A stretch of 64,000 bases of DNA from Paludibacteraceae bacterium (GCA_024399955.1 JAKSNH010000009.1:9993-73992); one strand, 5' to 3'. Positions 43,459 through 55,500 are shown, counted from the first letter of the stretch. The notes: a model not told the origin generated them from the letters alone. Made by a program: numbers and translations.

Positions 43459-45942
43459 ATGAATATATCGTACAAATGGTTAAAACGCTACATCGACCTC
43501 AAAGATGACGCCGAAACAGTAGCAAAAATCCTCACAAGCATCGGCTTGGAAGTAGGAACAGTTGAGAAAGTAGAGAGTATCCGTGGTGGATTAGAAGGCC
43601 TTGTTGTGGGCGAAGTAGTGACCTGCGTGCCGCACCCCAATAGCGACCATCTTCATATCACCACTACCCGCGTCGCCGAAGGCGAAGAGCCCATTCAAAT
43701 CGTGTGCGGTGCCCCAAATGTGGCTGCCGGACAAAAAGTGATTGTGGCTACAATCGGTACTAAACTTTATGAAGGAGATGAATATTTCGTCATCAAACGT
43801 GGCAAAATCCGTGGCGAGGAGAGTCTGGGTATGATTTGCGCCGAAGATGAAATAGGTGTCGGTACCAACCACGACGGCATTATGGTGCTGCCCGCTGATA
43901 CCCAAGTCGGTATGCCGGCTAAGGAGTATTTCCACGTCGAGGACGATACGCTTATCGAAGTAGATATTACGCCTAACCGCAGCGATGGAGCCAGCCACTA
44001 TGGCGTAGCTCGTGACCTGTATGCTTACTATCAAGCGCACGGTCAGAACATCCAATTATGCAAACCCGATGTCTCTGCTTTTAAAGTTCAGAGCAATGCT
44101 CTGCCTATCAAAGTGACCATCGAGAATACTCACGCATGCCCCCGCTACACGGGCGTTAGTATACAAGGTGTAACCGTCAAAGAGTCTCCCGATTGGCTCA
44201 AAACAGCCTTGCAGACAATCGGCTTGCGTCCTATCAACAACATCGTGGATGCCACCAACTTTGTGCTGCACGAGATGGGTCAAGCCCTGCACGCATTTGA
44301 TGCCGATAAGATAAAAGGCCAACAAATCATCGTTAAGAATGCCGTTGCCGGACAGAAATTCATCACGTTAGATGGAGTAGAGCACACCATGTCCGATGCC
44401 GACCTGATGATTTGGAATGCTTCCGAACCTATGTGCATCGCCGGTGTCTTTGGCGGTCAGGATAGTGGCGTCACAACCGACACCAAGAACGTCTTCCTTG
44501 AAAGTGCTTACTTTGACCCTGTTTGCATCCGCAAGACTGCCCGCCGCCATCAACTCTCTACCGATGCCAGTTTCCGTTACGAGCGTGGCTGCGATCCCAA
44601 TAACACCCTCTATGTGCTCCAACGTTGCGCTCTGCTCATTCAGGAGGTCGCCGGTGGACAAATAGCCATGGAAGTATCCGATAATGGCACCAAGTCCTTC
44701 CCCGGATTTGAAGTGAACCTGCAAGAGGATTACGTAAATCGTCTCATTGGTAAGAAATTAGGTAAGTCGTTGATTGAAACGATATTAGGCGCACTTGATA
44801 TGCAATTCACCGCCATAGATGGTGGCTGGAAAGTTATCGTTCCCCCATACCGTGTGGATGTGCAACGTCCTTGCGACGTAGTCGAGGATATCCTACGTAT
44901 CTATGGCTACAACAATGTGGAGTTCCCCGAAAAACTCAACACCAGCCTCAGTTATGGTCAGCATCCGAATCCTGTTGCACTACAGACCAAAGTGAGCGAA
45001 CAACTGACCGCACAAGGTTTCTACGAGATACTCAACAATAGCCTTACCAAAATCAATTACTACAAGGATAATGAGTGGCTCAATTCATGCGTCAAAATCA
45101 TGAACCCGCTCAGTCAGGACCTTGGCGTAATGCGTCAAACGTTGTTATTCGGCGGCTTGGAGAGCATCCAACGTAATGCCAACCGCAAAAAGAGTGACCT
45201 CAAGTTCTATGAGTTTGGTAACTGCTACCACTTCACCAAGAACGCCGAGGCCGAAGAGCCCATTCAACAATACACCGAGGAACCCCACTTAGGCTTATGG
45301 TTAACCGGCAACAAGACGCTGGCAAGTTGGGTAGGCAAACCGTCTCCCACCTCTTTCTATCAACTGCACGCTTACGTGAATGACATCCTACGTCGCTTGG
45401 GAGTTAATATAGATAAACTGAACCTCGAACCCGCTATCGTAGAGGGTGCTGAGACCTGCTGCGGACTGGCACAAAACTTTATGGACGGACTCATCATCAA
45501 GCAACCTAATGGCACCGTCCTCGGTTATATGGCTATCGTCAGTCGCCAGCTGCTCAAGCAGTTTGATATAGATAATCCTGTCTATTTTGCTGACCTCAAC
45601 TGGAAGCAATTAGTCAAGGCCAACAAACAGTACAAACCTGTCATCGAAGACCTGCCTCGCTTCCCCGAAGTAGAACGTGACTTCTCACTCATAGTTGATA
45701 AGAACGTGCGCTTTGCTGATTTGGCCAAGGCTGCCACCGATACCGAACGCAAACTGCTCCGAGGCGTCATCCTGTTTGACGTTTACGAAGGCAAGAACCT
45801 GGAAGAAGGTAAGATGAGTTATGCCCTCCGCTTCGTGCTCCAAGATAAGGACGATACTCTCAAAGACAAACAGATTGAGAATATCATGAACCGCCTGCTG
45901 AAGACCTTTGAAGATAAGTTCGGCGCTAAATTGAGAAGTTAA
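43459..45942 (+). CDS. pheT: phenylalanine--tRNA ligase beta subunit
   Basis: MNISYKWLKRYIDL start, tRNA-binding domain, B3/4 and B5 regions; 827 aa. Confidence 0.92.
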   Translation: MNISYKWLKRYIDLKDDAETVAKILTSIGLEVGTVEKVESIRGGLEGLVVGEVVTCVPHPNSDHLHITTTRVAEGEEPIQIVCGAPNVAAGQKVIVATIGTKLYEGDEYFVIKRGKIRGEESLGMICAEDEIGVGTNHDGIMVLPADTQVGMPAKEYFHVEDDTLIEVDITPNRSDGASHYGVARDLYAYYQAHGQNIQLCKPDVSAFKVQSNALPIKVTIENTHACPRYTGVSIQGVTVKESPDWLKTALQTIGLRPINNIVDATNFVLHEMGQALHAFDADKIKGQQIIVKNAVAGQKFITLDGVEHTMSDADLMIWNASEPMCIAGVFGGQDSGVTTDTKNVFLESAYFDPVCIRKTARRHQLSTDASFRYERGCDPNNTLYVLQRCALLIQEVAGGQIAMEVSDNGTKSFPGFEVNLQEDYVNRLIGKKLGKSLIETILGALDMQFTAIDGGWKVIVPPYRVDVQRPCDVVEDILRIYGYNNVEFPEKLNTSLSYGQHPNPVALQTKVSEQLTAQGFYEILNNSLTKINYYKDNEWLNSCVKIMNPLSQDLGVMRQTLLFGGLESIQRNANRKKSDLKFYEFGNCYHFTKNAEAEEPIQQYTEEPHLGLWLTGNKTLASWVGKPSPTSFYQLHAYVNDILRRLGVNIDKLNLEPAIVEGAETCCGLAQNFMDGLIIKQPNGTVLGYMAIVSRQLLKQFDIDNPVYFADLNWKQLVKANKQYKPVIEDLPRFPEVERDFSLIVDKNVRFADLAKAATDTERKLLRGVILFDVYEGKNLEEGKMSYALRFVLQDKDDTLKDKQIENIMNRLLKTFEDKFGAKLRS

Positions 45943-45944
45943 GC

Positions 45945-47468
45945 ATGGATTGGAGAGACGAAATACTACGACGCAGAACCTTTGCCATCATCAGTCACCC
46001 GGATGCCGGTAAGACTACCCTGACGGAGAAACTGCTCCTTTATGGAGGAGCCATTCATGTGGCAGGGGCGGTCAAATCGAACAAAATCAAGAAAACTGCT
46101 ACATCCGACTGGATGGAGATAGAGAAACAACGTGGTATATCGGTTGCCACGTCCGTAATGGGCTTTGACTACCGAAGTGCCTCAGGAGGCGATAACTCGA
46201 CCGTCTATCACATCAATATCTTAGATACTCCCGGTCACCAAGACTTTGCCGAAGATACTTTCCGCACCCTAACGGCTGTGGATAGCGTCATCATCGTAAT
46301 TGATAGTGCCAAAGGTGTAGAGACCCAAACACGCCGCCTGATGGAGGTGTGCCGTATGCGCAAAACACCCGTCATGGTCTTTATGAATAAGATGGACCGC
46401 GAGGGAAAAGACCCCTTTGACCTCATGGATGATGTGGAGCAAGAATTAGGAATAACCGTTACTCCTATTACATGGACCGATGGTCAGGGCGTTAAGTTTA
46501 CCGAATCATTCCTCTTGGACGAGGTTGGCAAAAACCGCCTGCCACAAGACACCCAAGACCTCATCTCTATCTATCCTGAATTTGATAAAGAGGCTTACTT
46601 GGCCGGAGACTTAGCTCCTGTTTTCTTTGGTAGTGCCTACAAAACGGTCGGCGTGCAAGAACTGCTGGACTTCTTTGTGGAAAATGCTCCTAGCCCACGT
46701 CCTATCGAAGCAATGGAACGGAAAGTGGATCCAATGGAGAACAACTTCACAGGGTTCTGCTTCAAGATTCATGCTAACATGGACCCCAACCACCGCTCGT
46801 GTATCGCTTTCTTCAAGATATGTAGTGGCCGCTTTGAACGTAATGTCTATTACAAGCATGTCCGTAAGGACCAACAAATGCGTTTCTCGGCACCAACCTG
46901 CTTCATGGCCCAAAAGAAAGAGACCGTAGATGAGGCCTTCGCCGGAGATATAGTCGGACTGCCTGATACCGGTAACTTCAAAATCGGAGATACCCTCACT
47001 TCCGGAGAAAACCTCCACTTCAAGGGACTGCCATCGTTCTCGCCGGAGATGTTCAAGTACATCGAGAACGCTGATCCCATGAAGCAAAAACAACTCGACA
47101 AAGGTGTACATCAACTCATGGATGAAGGTGTGGCACAGCTATTTGTTAGCCAACTCAACGGACGCAAGATAATTGGTACCGTCGGACAACTTCAGTTCGA
47201 AGTCATCCAATACAGATTGGAACATGAGTATAATGCCAAGTGCCGCTGGGAGAATATGAGTATGTACAAGGCCTGCTGGATTGCGCCGGCTAACCTCGGT
47301 AATCCCGAGGACGAAGAGGAATTGCGTGTTTTCAAAAACCGCAAGGCCCAATATATGGCTACCGACAAGGACGGACGCGATGTCTTTATGGCTGATAGTG
47401 CCTACATCCTCAATATGGCACAAAACGATTATAAGCATATACAATTCCACTTTACAAGTGAATTTTAA
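45945..47468 (+). CDS. prfC: peptide chain release factor 3
   Basis: RRRTFAIISHPDAGKTTLTEKLLLYGGAI and DTPGHQDF GTPase motifs. Confidence 0.9.
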   Translation: MDWRDEILRRRTFAIISHPDAGKTTLTEKLLLYGGAIHVAGAVKSNKIKKTATSDWMEIEKQRGISVATSVMGFDYRSASGGDNSTVYHINILDTPGHQDFAEDTFRTLTAVDSVIIVIDSAKGVETQTRRLMEVCRMRKTPVMVFMNKMDREGKDPFDLMDDVEQELGITVTPITWTDGQGVKFTESFLLDEVGKNRLPQDTQDLISIYPEFDKEAYLAGDLAPVFFGSAYKTVGVQELLDFFVENAPSPRPIEAMERKVDPMENNFTGFCFKIHANMDPNHRSCIAFFKICSGRFERNVYYKHVRKDQQMRFSAPTCFMAQKKETVDEAFAGDIVGLPDTGNFKIGDTLTSGENLHFKGLPSFSPEMFKYIENADPMKQKQLDKGVHQLMDEGVAQLFVSQLNGRKIIGTVGQLQFEVIQYRLEHEYNAKCRWENMSMYKACWIAPANLGNPEDEEELRVFKNRKAQYMATDKDGRDVFMADSAYILNMAQNDYKHIQFHFTSEF

Positions 47469-47491
47469 TATTAACATTAAATTTATTCAGT

Positions 47492-48862
47492 ATGAAAAAC
47501 ATGAAATTTAGACTGATTGTCATGAACTTCCTCGAATATGCTGTTTGGGGTGCGTATCTGACATGTATGAGCCGCTACTTGGCTTCGCACAGCATGGGCG
47601 GACAAATTGGTTGGTTCTATTCTGTACAGGGATTTGTGAGCCTCTTGATGCCTGCTTTGATGGGTATTGTGGCTGACCGTTGGATTCCTGCGCAAAAGTT
47701 ATTGAGCATTTGCCATGGCTTGGCAGGTGTCTTTATGATGGGAGCTGGACTGTATGCTCTTACTTCTGCACATGTGGAGTTTGCTCCGTTGTTCTCTCTC
47801 TACACAATCTCGGTTGCTTTCTTTATGCCGACGATTGCATTAAGCAACTCCGTAGCCTTCAATGCTTTGGTTAAAGCCGGAATGGATACCGTTAAGGACT
47901 TCCCACCTATCCGCGTATTTGGTACTGTTGGTTTCATCGCAGCTATGTGGGCTGTTGATTTATTAGGATTCCAAGATACTCCCTATCAATTTGTTATCAG
48001 TGGTGGATTAAGCCTTATCCTGGCTGTTTATTCATTAACGCTGCCTGCTTGCGATTTGAAAAAGATTGAAGGTAAGGTTGATCTTGTAGAAGCATTTGGA
48101 TTAAAAGCTTTTGCTCTCTTCAAACAAAAGAAAATGGCGCTCTTCTTCATCTTCTGTATGATGTTAGGCGTTAGCCTGCAAATCACGAATGGCTTTGCTA
48201 ATCCTTTCTTGGGTAGTTTTGAATCAATGCAACAATTTGCATCCTCTTTTGCCGTTCAACATTCTAATATGTTAATCTCTATTTCGCAGATTTGTGAGGC
48301 TTGCTGCATCCTGCTTATTCCTATCTGCTTAAAGAAATTCGGCATCAAGAACGTGATGCTGATGGCCATGTTCGCTTGGGTACTGCGCTTTGGTTTATTC
48401 GGAACAGGTAACCCTGATTCCAAATTATGGATGTTTGTGTTGAGTTGCGTTGTTTATGGATTTGCCTTTGACTTCTTCAATATATCCGGTGCCCTTTATG
48501 TGGACCAAGAGGTGGATCCTTCAATGCGTTCCAGCGCACAAGGTCTATTCATGATGATGACCAACGGTGTTGGTGCCACAATTGGTACGTTGAGCGCACA
48601 GGCCGTTGTCAATAAAGTGGTTCCTTCTGTTGATTGGGCCGAATTTGGTGTCGCACAAGATAAGGCGGGTAAATTCTTATGGTCCGATTTTTGGGCAAAT
48701 GTTCAAAACGTATCGGATGACGTTCTAACTGCTATTGCTGAAAAATCACAATTAGTTTGGGCCGGTTGGCAGGAAGCTTGGTTCGTTTTTGCAGGATATG
48801 CATTGGTTGTGTCTATTGCTTTCTGGATTCTGTTCCCCAAAACACCTGTAAAGAAAGACTAA
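47492..48862 (+). CDS. MFS nucleoside:H+ symporter-family permease
   Basis: The N-terminus KFRLIVMNFLEYAVWGAYLTCMSRYL resembles the NupG/XapB family; 12 predicted helices. Confidence 0.65.
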   Translation: MKNMKFRLIVMNFLEYAVWGAYLTCMSRYLASHSMGGQIGWFYSVQGFVSLLMPALMGIVADRWIPAQKLLSICHGLAGVFMMGAGLYALTSAHVEFAPLFSLYTISVAFFMPTIALSNSVAFNALVKAGMDTVKDFPPIRVFGTVGFIAAMWAVDLLGFQDTPYQFVISGGLSLILAVYSLTLPACDLKKIEGKVDLVEAFGLKAFALFKQKKMALFFIFCMMLGVSLQITNGFANPFLGSFESMQQFASSFAVQHSNMLISISQICEACCILLIPICLKKFGIKNVMLMAMFAWVLRFGLFGTGNPDSKLWMFVLSCVVYGFAFDFFNISGALYVDQEVDPSMRSSAQGLFMMMTNGVGATIGTLSAQAVVNKVVPSVDWAEFGVAQDKAGKFLWSDFWANVQNVSDDVLTAIAEKSQLVWAGWQEAWFVFAGYALVVSIAFWILFPKTPVKKD

Positions 48863-48866
48863 TAGC

Positions 48867-49532
48867 GTGTTCCGTAAAGAACTGACATATTACTTTGCTA
48901 CGCCCATTGCGTATATCGTAATCGGACTGTACTTAGTGGCCGTTAGCCTCATGCTATGGGTCATCCCCGGAGCATGGAATATCATTGATTCCGGCTATGC
49001 CGATTTGCGAGGCATGTTTGAAATGAGCCCTTGGCTAATGATGCTATTGTGCCCTGCACTCACCATGCGCCTCTTTGCCGAAGAACGGCAGAGAGGTACA
49101 TGGGATTTGCTGCTCAGCAAGAAAGTATCGGTATCACGAATGGTATTAGGCAAATACTTCGCCGCTTGGACGCTTACTTTATTAGCTATCCTGCCTTGTA
49201 TCGTCCACTATGTCGTACTCTACCAATTGGCTGAACCAATAGGCAATGTAGATGGCGGACAGTTCGCAGGAAGCCTAATCGGATTATGCCTCATCAGCAT
49301 GGTCTTTATTGCATTAGGCCTACTCATGGCTTGCTTAACTAACAACCAAATAGTGGCTTATATACTGGGCGTTGTCCTATGCTTCGCCATGTATTGGATA
49401 ACAATCCAAGACCATTATCGCAGCATCAGCCGCGGTGTATTGGATATCCGCGACGTAGGATGGCTCCTGCTCATAACCTTAGTGGCTGTATTCGCCACTA
49501 TTCTGTTGGCTAACAGGATTGGGCGTAAGTAA
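48867..49532 (+). CDS. ABC-2 type permease, GldF-like
   Basis: GTG start. FRKELTYYFATPIAYIVIG...MRLFAEERQRGTWDLLLSK...NQIVAYILGV closely parallels GldF as I recall it. No gldA or gldG partner is in the window. Confidence 0.6.
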   Translation: MFRKELTYYFATPIAYIVIGLYLVAVSLMLWVIPGAWNIIDSGYADLRGMFEMSPWLMMLLCPALTMRLFAEERQRGTWDLLLSKKVSVSRMVLGKYFAAWTLTLLAILPCIVHYVVLYQLAEPIGNVDGGQFAGSLIGLCLISMVFIALGLLMACLTNNQIVAYILGVVLCFAMYWITIQDHYRSISRGVLDIRDVGWLLLITLVAVFATILLANRIGRK

Positions 49533-49929
49533 GTGCAAACAAGCGCATCTGTTGTAACATGGCATTTAAACCATTGGTGCGCGTAGGAGATAAATGCTCC
49601 CTAAGTTGTATATCGTCGATGAAGTGTAAATCTGCATCGACGATTTCTTTTGGCGTATGATGCGATAACACTCTAATCAACAAAGCCACAATACCTTTGA
49701 CGAGAATAGCATCACTATCGCCATGGTAGATGACCTCTCCATTGGTATATTCGCATGTGAACCAAACCCTGGACTGACAACCGTCAATCAGGTTCTGGTT
49801 GGTCTTGTCTGCTTCAGGGAAAGGCTCTAACCCATTGCCATATTCAATCAGTAAGGAATAACGATCCATCCAGTCATCAAAACTGGTGAATTCCTCAATT
49901 ATTTCGTCTTGTATTTCAGCAATTGACAT
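49510..49929 (-). CDS. sufE: SufE-family sulfur acceptor protein
   Basis: GCQSRVW active-site Cys motif and DSDAILVKG. Confidence 0.8.
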   Translation of the reverse strand: MSIAEIQDEIIEEFTSFDDWMDRYSLLIEYGNGLEPFPEADKTNQNLIDGCQSRVWFTCEYTNGEVIYHGDSDAILVKGIVALLIRVLSHHTPKEIVDADLHFIDDIQLREHLSPTRTNGLNAMLQQMRLFALTYAQSC

Positions 49930-50465
49930 ATTTGTTCTGCTATTATTTGATCTGCCTCAGGAATGAATCCGGGGGCTTGTATAGTGTAGTCGGCTTGTAA
50001 ATAGTAAGGTTCGCGGGTTTGTAACTGGGGCGTAATAAATTCTAACAACTCGTCCCTGGTGCGCCCTTGTAGTACAGGACGAGTACTTAAATCGGTCAGC
50101 ATAAGACGGCTAACCAAATCTTCTGCCGTCCACTGAATATAAACGGATGTGCCTAATTCATGCAGACATTCCATATTATCGGCATAACAAGGATAACCTC
50201 CTCCGGTGGCATACACTACATGCGAATAAGGCGACATGTCGGCAATGTCTTCCAGCACATATTTCTCCTTTATCCGAAAGGCATCAATGCCATATTCACG
50301 GATATAATCGCCCGGAGTCTTTCCATGAACGGCTAAGAAAGCGTCATCTAAGTCCACAAATCGCCATCCGAGCGTGTCGGCTAAGTGTTGACCGACTGTC
50401 GACTTACCTGCGGCCATGTAACCAATCAGGTAAAGTGGACCTTCTATCATACAATTTTCAGCCAT
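49899..50465 (-). CDS. aroK: shikimate kinase
   Basis: LIGYMAAGKSTVG P-loop and ATGGG motif. Confidence 0.85.
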   Translation of the reverse strand: MAENCMIEGPLYLIGYMAAGKSTVGQHLADTLGWRFVDLDDAFLAVHGKTPGDYIREYGIDAFRIKEKYVLEDIADMSPYSHVVYATGGGYPCYADNMECLHELGTSVYIQWTAEDLVSRLMLTDLSTRPVLQGRTRDELLEFITPQLQTREPYYLQADYTIQAPGFIPEADQIIAEQICQLLKYKTK

Positions 50466-50466
50466 C

Positions 50467-50745
50467 TTACTTGCCCTCTTCGTCTAGCATCTGAGGCGTG
50501 TTATCTTTCCAACGCAGTTGCTCATCCTCAAAGTACGCTTCAGGAAAAACCCAATTAGGATTGGGACTCGTAACCGTTTTAATCAGCGTCCACTCCTTAT
50601 TATTTATCGCGTACGTGCGCGCGATAGACGAACAAATAGGAGCACACGCCGTGGTAATAACCACTGCCGTATCACCCACTATCATCGTATCACGAGTTAC
50701 CGGAGTAACTGCCATAACGGCTGCTAATAAGAGACTTTGAATCAT
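50467..50745 (-). CDS. hypothetical small protein
   Basis: 92-aa ORF tightly packed between ispF and aroK, with a hydrophobic N-terminus. Confidence 0.4.
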   Translation of the reverse strand: MIQSLLLAAVMAVTPVTRDTMIVGDTAVVITTACAPICSSIARTYAINNKEWTLIKTVTSPNPNWVFPEAYFEDEQLRWKDNTPQMLDEEGK

Positions 50746-51212
50746 TGCAGTAAAACAACGGCGTATGCTGCTATACCTTCTTCGCGTCCTACAAATCCAA
50801 GATGTTCCGTTGTGGTGGCTTTGACACTCACTTGATGAACATCCACTTCCATCACATCAGCCAAACAGGCACGCATGGGTTCAATATAAGCGGCTAACTT
50901 AGGTGCTTGCGCCGCAATCGTAATATCACAATTGCCTAACTCATACCCGGCCTCTCTAATCATCTCCATCACGCGGCGCAATAGAATCTTAGAGTCTATC
51001 CCTTCGTATTCGTTGCCCTTTGTGTCAGGAAAATGATAACCGATATCGCGCATAGCTGCGGCACCTAATATGGCATCGCATAACGCATGAATAGCCACGT
51101 CAGCGTCCGAATGGCCCAGCAATCCTTTGTTATGGGGCACCTCAATCCCCCCTAACCACAAAGCGCGGTTAGGGGCAAATTGATGTACATCATATCCGAA
51201 TCCAATTCGCAT
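50742..51212 (-). CDS. ispF: 2-C-methyl-D-erythritol 2,4-cyclodiphosphate synthase
   Basis: MRIGFGYDVHQF...GHSDADVAIHALCDAILGA. Confidence 0.93.
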   Translation of the reverse strand: MRIGFGYDVHQFAPNRALWLGGIEVPHNKGLLGHSDADVAIHALCDAILGAAAMRDIGYHFPDTKGNEYEGIDSKILLRRVMEMIREAGYELGNCDITIAAQAPKLAAYIEPMRACLADVMEVDVHQVSVKATTTEHLGFVGREEGIAAYAVVLLQ

Positions 51213-52441
51213 TATTTCTTGTTATTAACCAAATCCTTGATGCCATACAGGTCGAAACCAAGCGTGAAACGCATCGTCTGATCCAATGGGTTAGAGCTGG
51301 CGGTTGCAATGCAGTAAGCAAAGTCAAAGCGAACGATGGAGAGCTTGAAACCGGCACCAACCGTTACATAACGACGGTTACCCTTCATCTTATCCTCGTG
51401 GCTGTAACCTAAACGACCAAAGAATTGACGGTTGTAACTATACTCCAAACCAATACCCCAACGCATCTCATTGAACTCTTCCTTGGCTCCACCGGGGGCA
51501 TCAGCAAAAGATTGCCACCATCCCTTAGGAGAAGATATCTTGGAATATTCTTTATTATCTTCATCCCATCTATATGCATCATCACCTTCGCCTATGCCAC
51601 TTGCGAACTTAGAATAAGTACTTGGCACCAACAGACGGCTGCACTCTACACTGGCCATCAAGCGGTTGTAGTTATCAAACGGAATCTCGTAACTGGCACC
51701 AATACGCATTGTGGCAGGAATAAAGTTCTGGGTGTCACCCTTGTCGTAACTCATCTTACCACCAAGGTTGGCCACCGTGAAACCTAAAGCGAAGTGACTT
51801 GTTCCCATCGGTAACTCAATCGGTTGACGATAGTACAACGAGATGTCTGCTGCAAACGTCCAAGCCGGGTACATCTCTTGTGCTGTACCACCTGCCGATT
51901 GGTTGATACCATTATTCAAATCCGAATACATAAAACGCAACGTAGCGGCCATAGATACATAATCATGTAACTTACGCGAATAAGCAATGTCTAATGCCCA
52001 TTCATTCGGTTTGGCTTCAGCAAAAGTAGAAGGATCTAACTCCGAGTAGTTGCTGTTGAATCCATTAGGAATCAAGGCTACTTTACCCATCGAGAAATAG
52101 GTGAATGATGCCGAAATAGCCTGCTTGTCATCAAAACGATAGAAACCGGTCAAATAAGCCAGGTCAATATCACCAACCAGTTTACGCAACCATGGCGTGT
52201 AGCTAGCACTAATACCTCCGCGCTCGTCAATAAAAGCATACTTGGCGGCATTCCAGAACTGTGAGTTCATGTCAGGAGTGGTGGCTGCACCAATGTCACC
52301 CATACCGGCTGCGTGTGCGTCCGGAGCAATCGTGAGGGACGGCATTGCCGTGATAATCGGATTGGGATTGTGAAGCGTGTAAGCCATCGCATTAATTGAA
52401 ATGGCTACAAGAGCAGCAAGGCTCAAAATAGTTTTTTTCAT
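51212..52441 (-). CDS. porV: T9SS outer-membrane shuttle protein PorV (LptO)
   Basis: LTIAPDAHAAGMGDIGAATTPD...WNAAKYAF is the signature N-terminus. It is a beta-barrel and is adjacent to porU. Confidence 0.8.
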   Translation of the reverse strand: MKKTILSLAALVAISINAMAYTLHNPNPIITAMPSLTIAPDAHAAGMGDIGAATTPDMNSQFWNAAKYAFIDERGGISASYTPWLRKLVGDIDLAYLTGFYRFDDKQAISASFTYFSMGKVALIPNGFNSNYSELDPSTFAEAKPNEWALDIAYSRKLHDYVSMAATLRFMYSDLNNGINQSAGGTAQEMYPAWTFAADISLYYRQPIELPMGTSHFALGFTVANLGGKMSYDKGDTQNFIPATMRIGASYEIPFDNYNRLMASVECSRLLVPSTYSKFASGIGEGDDAYRWDEDNKEYSKISSPKGWWQSFADAPGGAKEEFNEMRWGIGLEYSYNRQFFGRLGYSHEDKMKGNRRYVTVGAGFKLSIVRFDFAYCIATASSNPLDQTMRFTLGFDLYGIKDLVNNKK

Positions 52442-52549
52442 AATGTTGTTTGTTAAATTGTTAATATTTTTGTTTGTTTTAAATGTTCTGTTGTAGCATT
52501 TGCTAAAAGTTCATTTTAGATTTGTTTCATAGGCAACAAGGGGTGATTT

Positions 52550-55500
52550 TTAATACACCATGAGTTTCCCGCTATGTTGGGAAGACACTTGGAATAAAGT
52601 TCGTATTGTAAATTGATAAATATATAAGCCTGTTGGTAATCCTACCGATGACATATCTACATCCAAGTAGGAATCATTCAACTCTCCTGAGATAGATTTG
52701 AGTTTTTGTCCGCTTAGGTTATAGAACGTTATATCTACATACACTTGGTCGTCCGGCCGGTCGTTCATTAGGCAGAAACGCACCGTTCCTCCCTGTGCTA
52801 CCGGGTTAGGATAAACGGCCAGCGAATAGACTTGCGGTGCTAAACCGGACTGAACGGTAAAGCGTAATGTTGCCGTAGAGGCATTATTGAGCATGTCCCA
52901 TGCACGGAAACTGAGGAAGTGACTGCCATCCGATAAGGTAGGCAGGATATAATCTACCGTACCGGTCGTAAAGGTGTCCTTCGCCGTGTAGTAATCGTTA
53001 AGGATATAAGTCTGTTTGTTGTTATTATCTAAGGTCAGTAATAAATCGTGTCCGATACCCGAACCAACGGCATTGATACCATTCTCATCCGATAGGTTGG
53101 CAAAGAAATGTGGATTAGAGCTCGTTACATCACCATCCTTAAAGAGTGGTGTATTCAAATACAACTCAATATCCGGACCTTGCTTGTCATCTACTCTCCA
53201 AGGAGAAGACCCTCCTACCACAAACTGCTCGTTATAACCAATCGCTTCAGCCATAGTATCATTCACTAATCCTTGAGCATACAACGCCAATCTGCCTATT
53301 CCAAAGTTATAATGGATATCCTTCGGCACGCGGAAGGTACAGCAGAAAACACCATTCTCCACAATAGCATCACCGACATATAGTTTATTGGGATAACTAT
53401 TGAACTTAACAAACTGTTTCTTGCTGGGGTCTGGTTCATCGTTATCGCGGGTAGTCAGTTCTTGCATCTTGTCATATAATGTAATCGTCATCTTACCATT
53501 CATACGAACCGTATCTTGGTCGTCACCGTTCGTCTTAGTTATGTAGCCGCGTAAGGTAATCAAATCCATAGCATGAATTGTATCTGGCAACTCCGAGGTC
53601 ACGATCTTATAATCTGTCGGATAACTGATACGCAGTGAAGGGTCGCCTAATAGCACAAAGGCCATCTTGTTGCGCGAATAACCGGTAGCGTTCTTGGCCA
53701 ATCGTGTTACATCACCCAAGGTGAGCGTGTACTGACCTTCGCTATTATGTGTAAATAGGTACTGCGCAAAGTTCTGATTAATCAGTTTATTCTCCGAGGC
53801 ATACACCGTCCTATCGGCCGAGAAGACTGCAATTGCACCACCATAAGGATTCATAACGGCTTCTTCTGCCGAAGAGGTATGCACTTGGTCAAAGTGCGCG
53901 AAGTTACATGTCGCCAAGGCCCATACACCTTGATTGGCATTCGTCATCTGCTGAACGTCCTTGATAGTGAGGAACATCTCCGAGCAGATATTATTGGCGG
54001 AACCGTGACCGGAGTAATCCATAAACAACACTCCCTTTTGCAAACTATTGATGAATTGGTTGTATGCAACAGGGTAACTCTCTCCGGAAGCAGACGATTC
54101 TTGCACATACGAATCCAAATAAATCTTATTGACAATAAAATTAGGATTATTCAGCCTCACTACTTCGGCGGCAGCCTCCGATACGCGTGTATGCAAACCA
54201 TGGTCGTCATCATCCGCCAACCAGCAGGTTTGTTGTCTCCAATTACCTACGTTCTTGTTCTCCAAGTAAGTAATCAGTTTATTCACAACGGCATCAGCCT
54301 CGTCTTGCGAGTTAATCGGCAATCGACCTACGCCAATCTCCATCGTGCCACGCTCGTCTTTCCATGATGAACCGGATAGACCATCGTTATCGTCCATAAA
54401 ACCAAAGTAATCATCGGTCGCATAGGCTTGAGTCTCTTCGGTGGAGTTAAGGGCTTGGTACGTCAGCACGCGCGTTGCCGGAGTGGACGCTAATATATTT
54501 CGGTTATCAAACGTGCCATCACCAAACAACAATAAAGTCTGCGGCTGTTGGTTTGTTCCCTTGAACTGATCATACATGCTCTTCATCATCCATCGAATAG
54601 CCGAAGCATCCGGTGTACCACTGGAGTACTCATTAAAGACTTCCTCCGTGGAAACAGCCATCCACTTATGCCGCGGATCAGCCTGTTCATGTGCCTGAGC
54701 TAAGTTATGAGCAGCATACATAAACTCCTCCGGTGCTACAATCACGTGATGAATGCCTTGCAGGTTCTTATGCAGGTTCTGCGGCACAACCACTCCGCGT
54801 GAAGACGGACTCTTCCAATTGCTTAATGCTGTGGTCTGCACAGCAACGTATGTCTGAACGGCCGAATTAATACCCATCCAGCAAAGTGTGTCGCCTTCCC
54901 ACCACGTCGGCGTAAGACGGATATGAAGCGGATCGGTGATGTTCCAAATCTGCGTGCCGGCATCTGCCCCGGATAGATGGTAGCAGGATGGCTCGCTGGC
55001 ATATAGGTTATCCGTATTGCGAATAAATAGGTAATTGTCCTCTATAATCAGTTTGCATGGCACCTGCATCTCAATATAATTCAAGTATGCTAATGCCGAG
55101 GCATCGCTATTGGAATAGGTTACTTTAACCGATAAGTCTTGTTGCGACGCTAAAGCCGAGGATATCGTGATAATACCTGTATTGGCCTTAGTGTAGAAGT
55201 CGCTAACCGGAATACCCATGATATACGTGGAACGACTTTGACCTGCTATCGTAGCAGTCATTGTTGTGGCTTCACTGCTTTTTGCCGCTACATCTACGCG
55301 ACATACCAACGGCATCGAATCTACAGGATAACTATAGTAGAATGGGATGGTGATAGATGGTTTCTTATTAGTCAGTTCCTCTCCGTACCATTCGCGGCCG
55401 CCTCCTTCAAAGCCCTTAGCGTCAATTAGGTTACGCTGATCTAATTCATGTAACTGTAGGTCAGTGTAGGAATAAACATCAATATGTTCGGTGGCTGCAT

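Noticed and set aside
43591-44055. 154-aa minus ORF and neighbours (44056..44325, 44368..44724) opposite pheT; also 46611..47114 opposite prfC and 53879..54367 opposite porU
   Set aside because: All lie antisense to strongly supported conserved genes and have no recognisable domains or promoter boxes.
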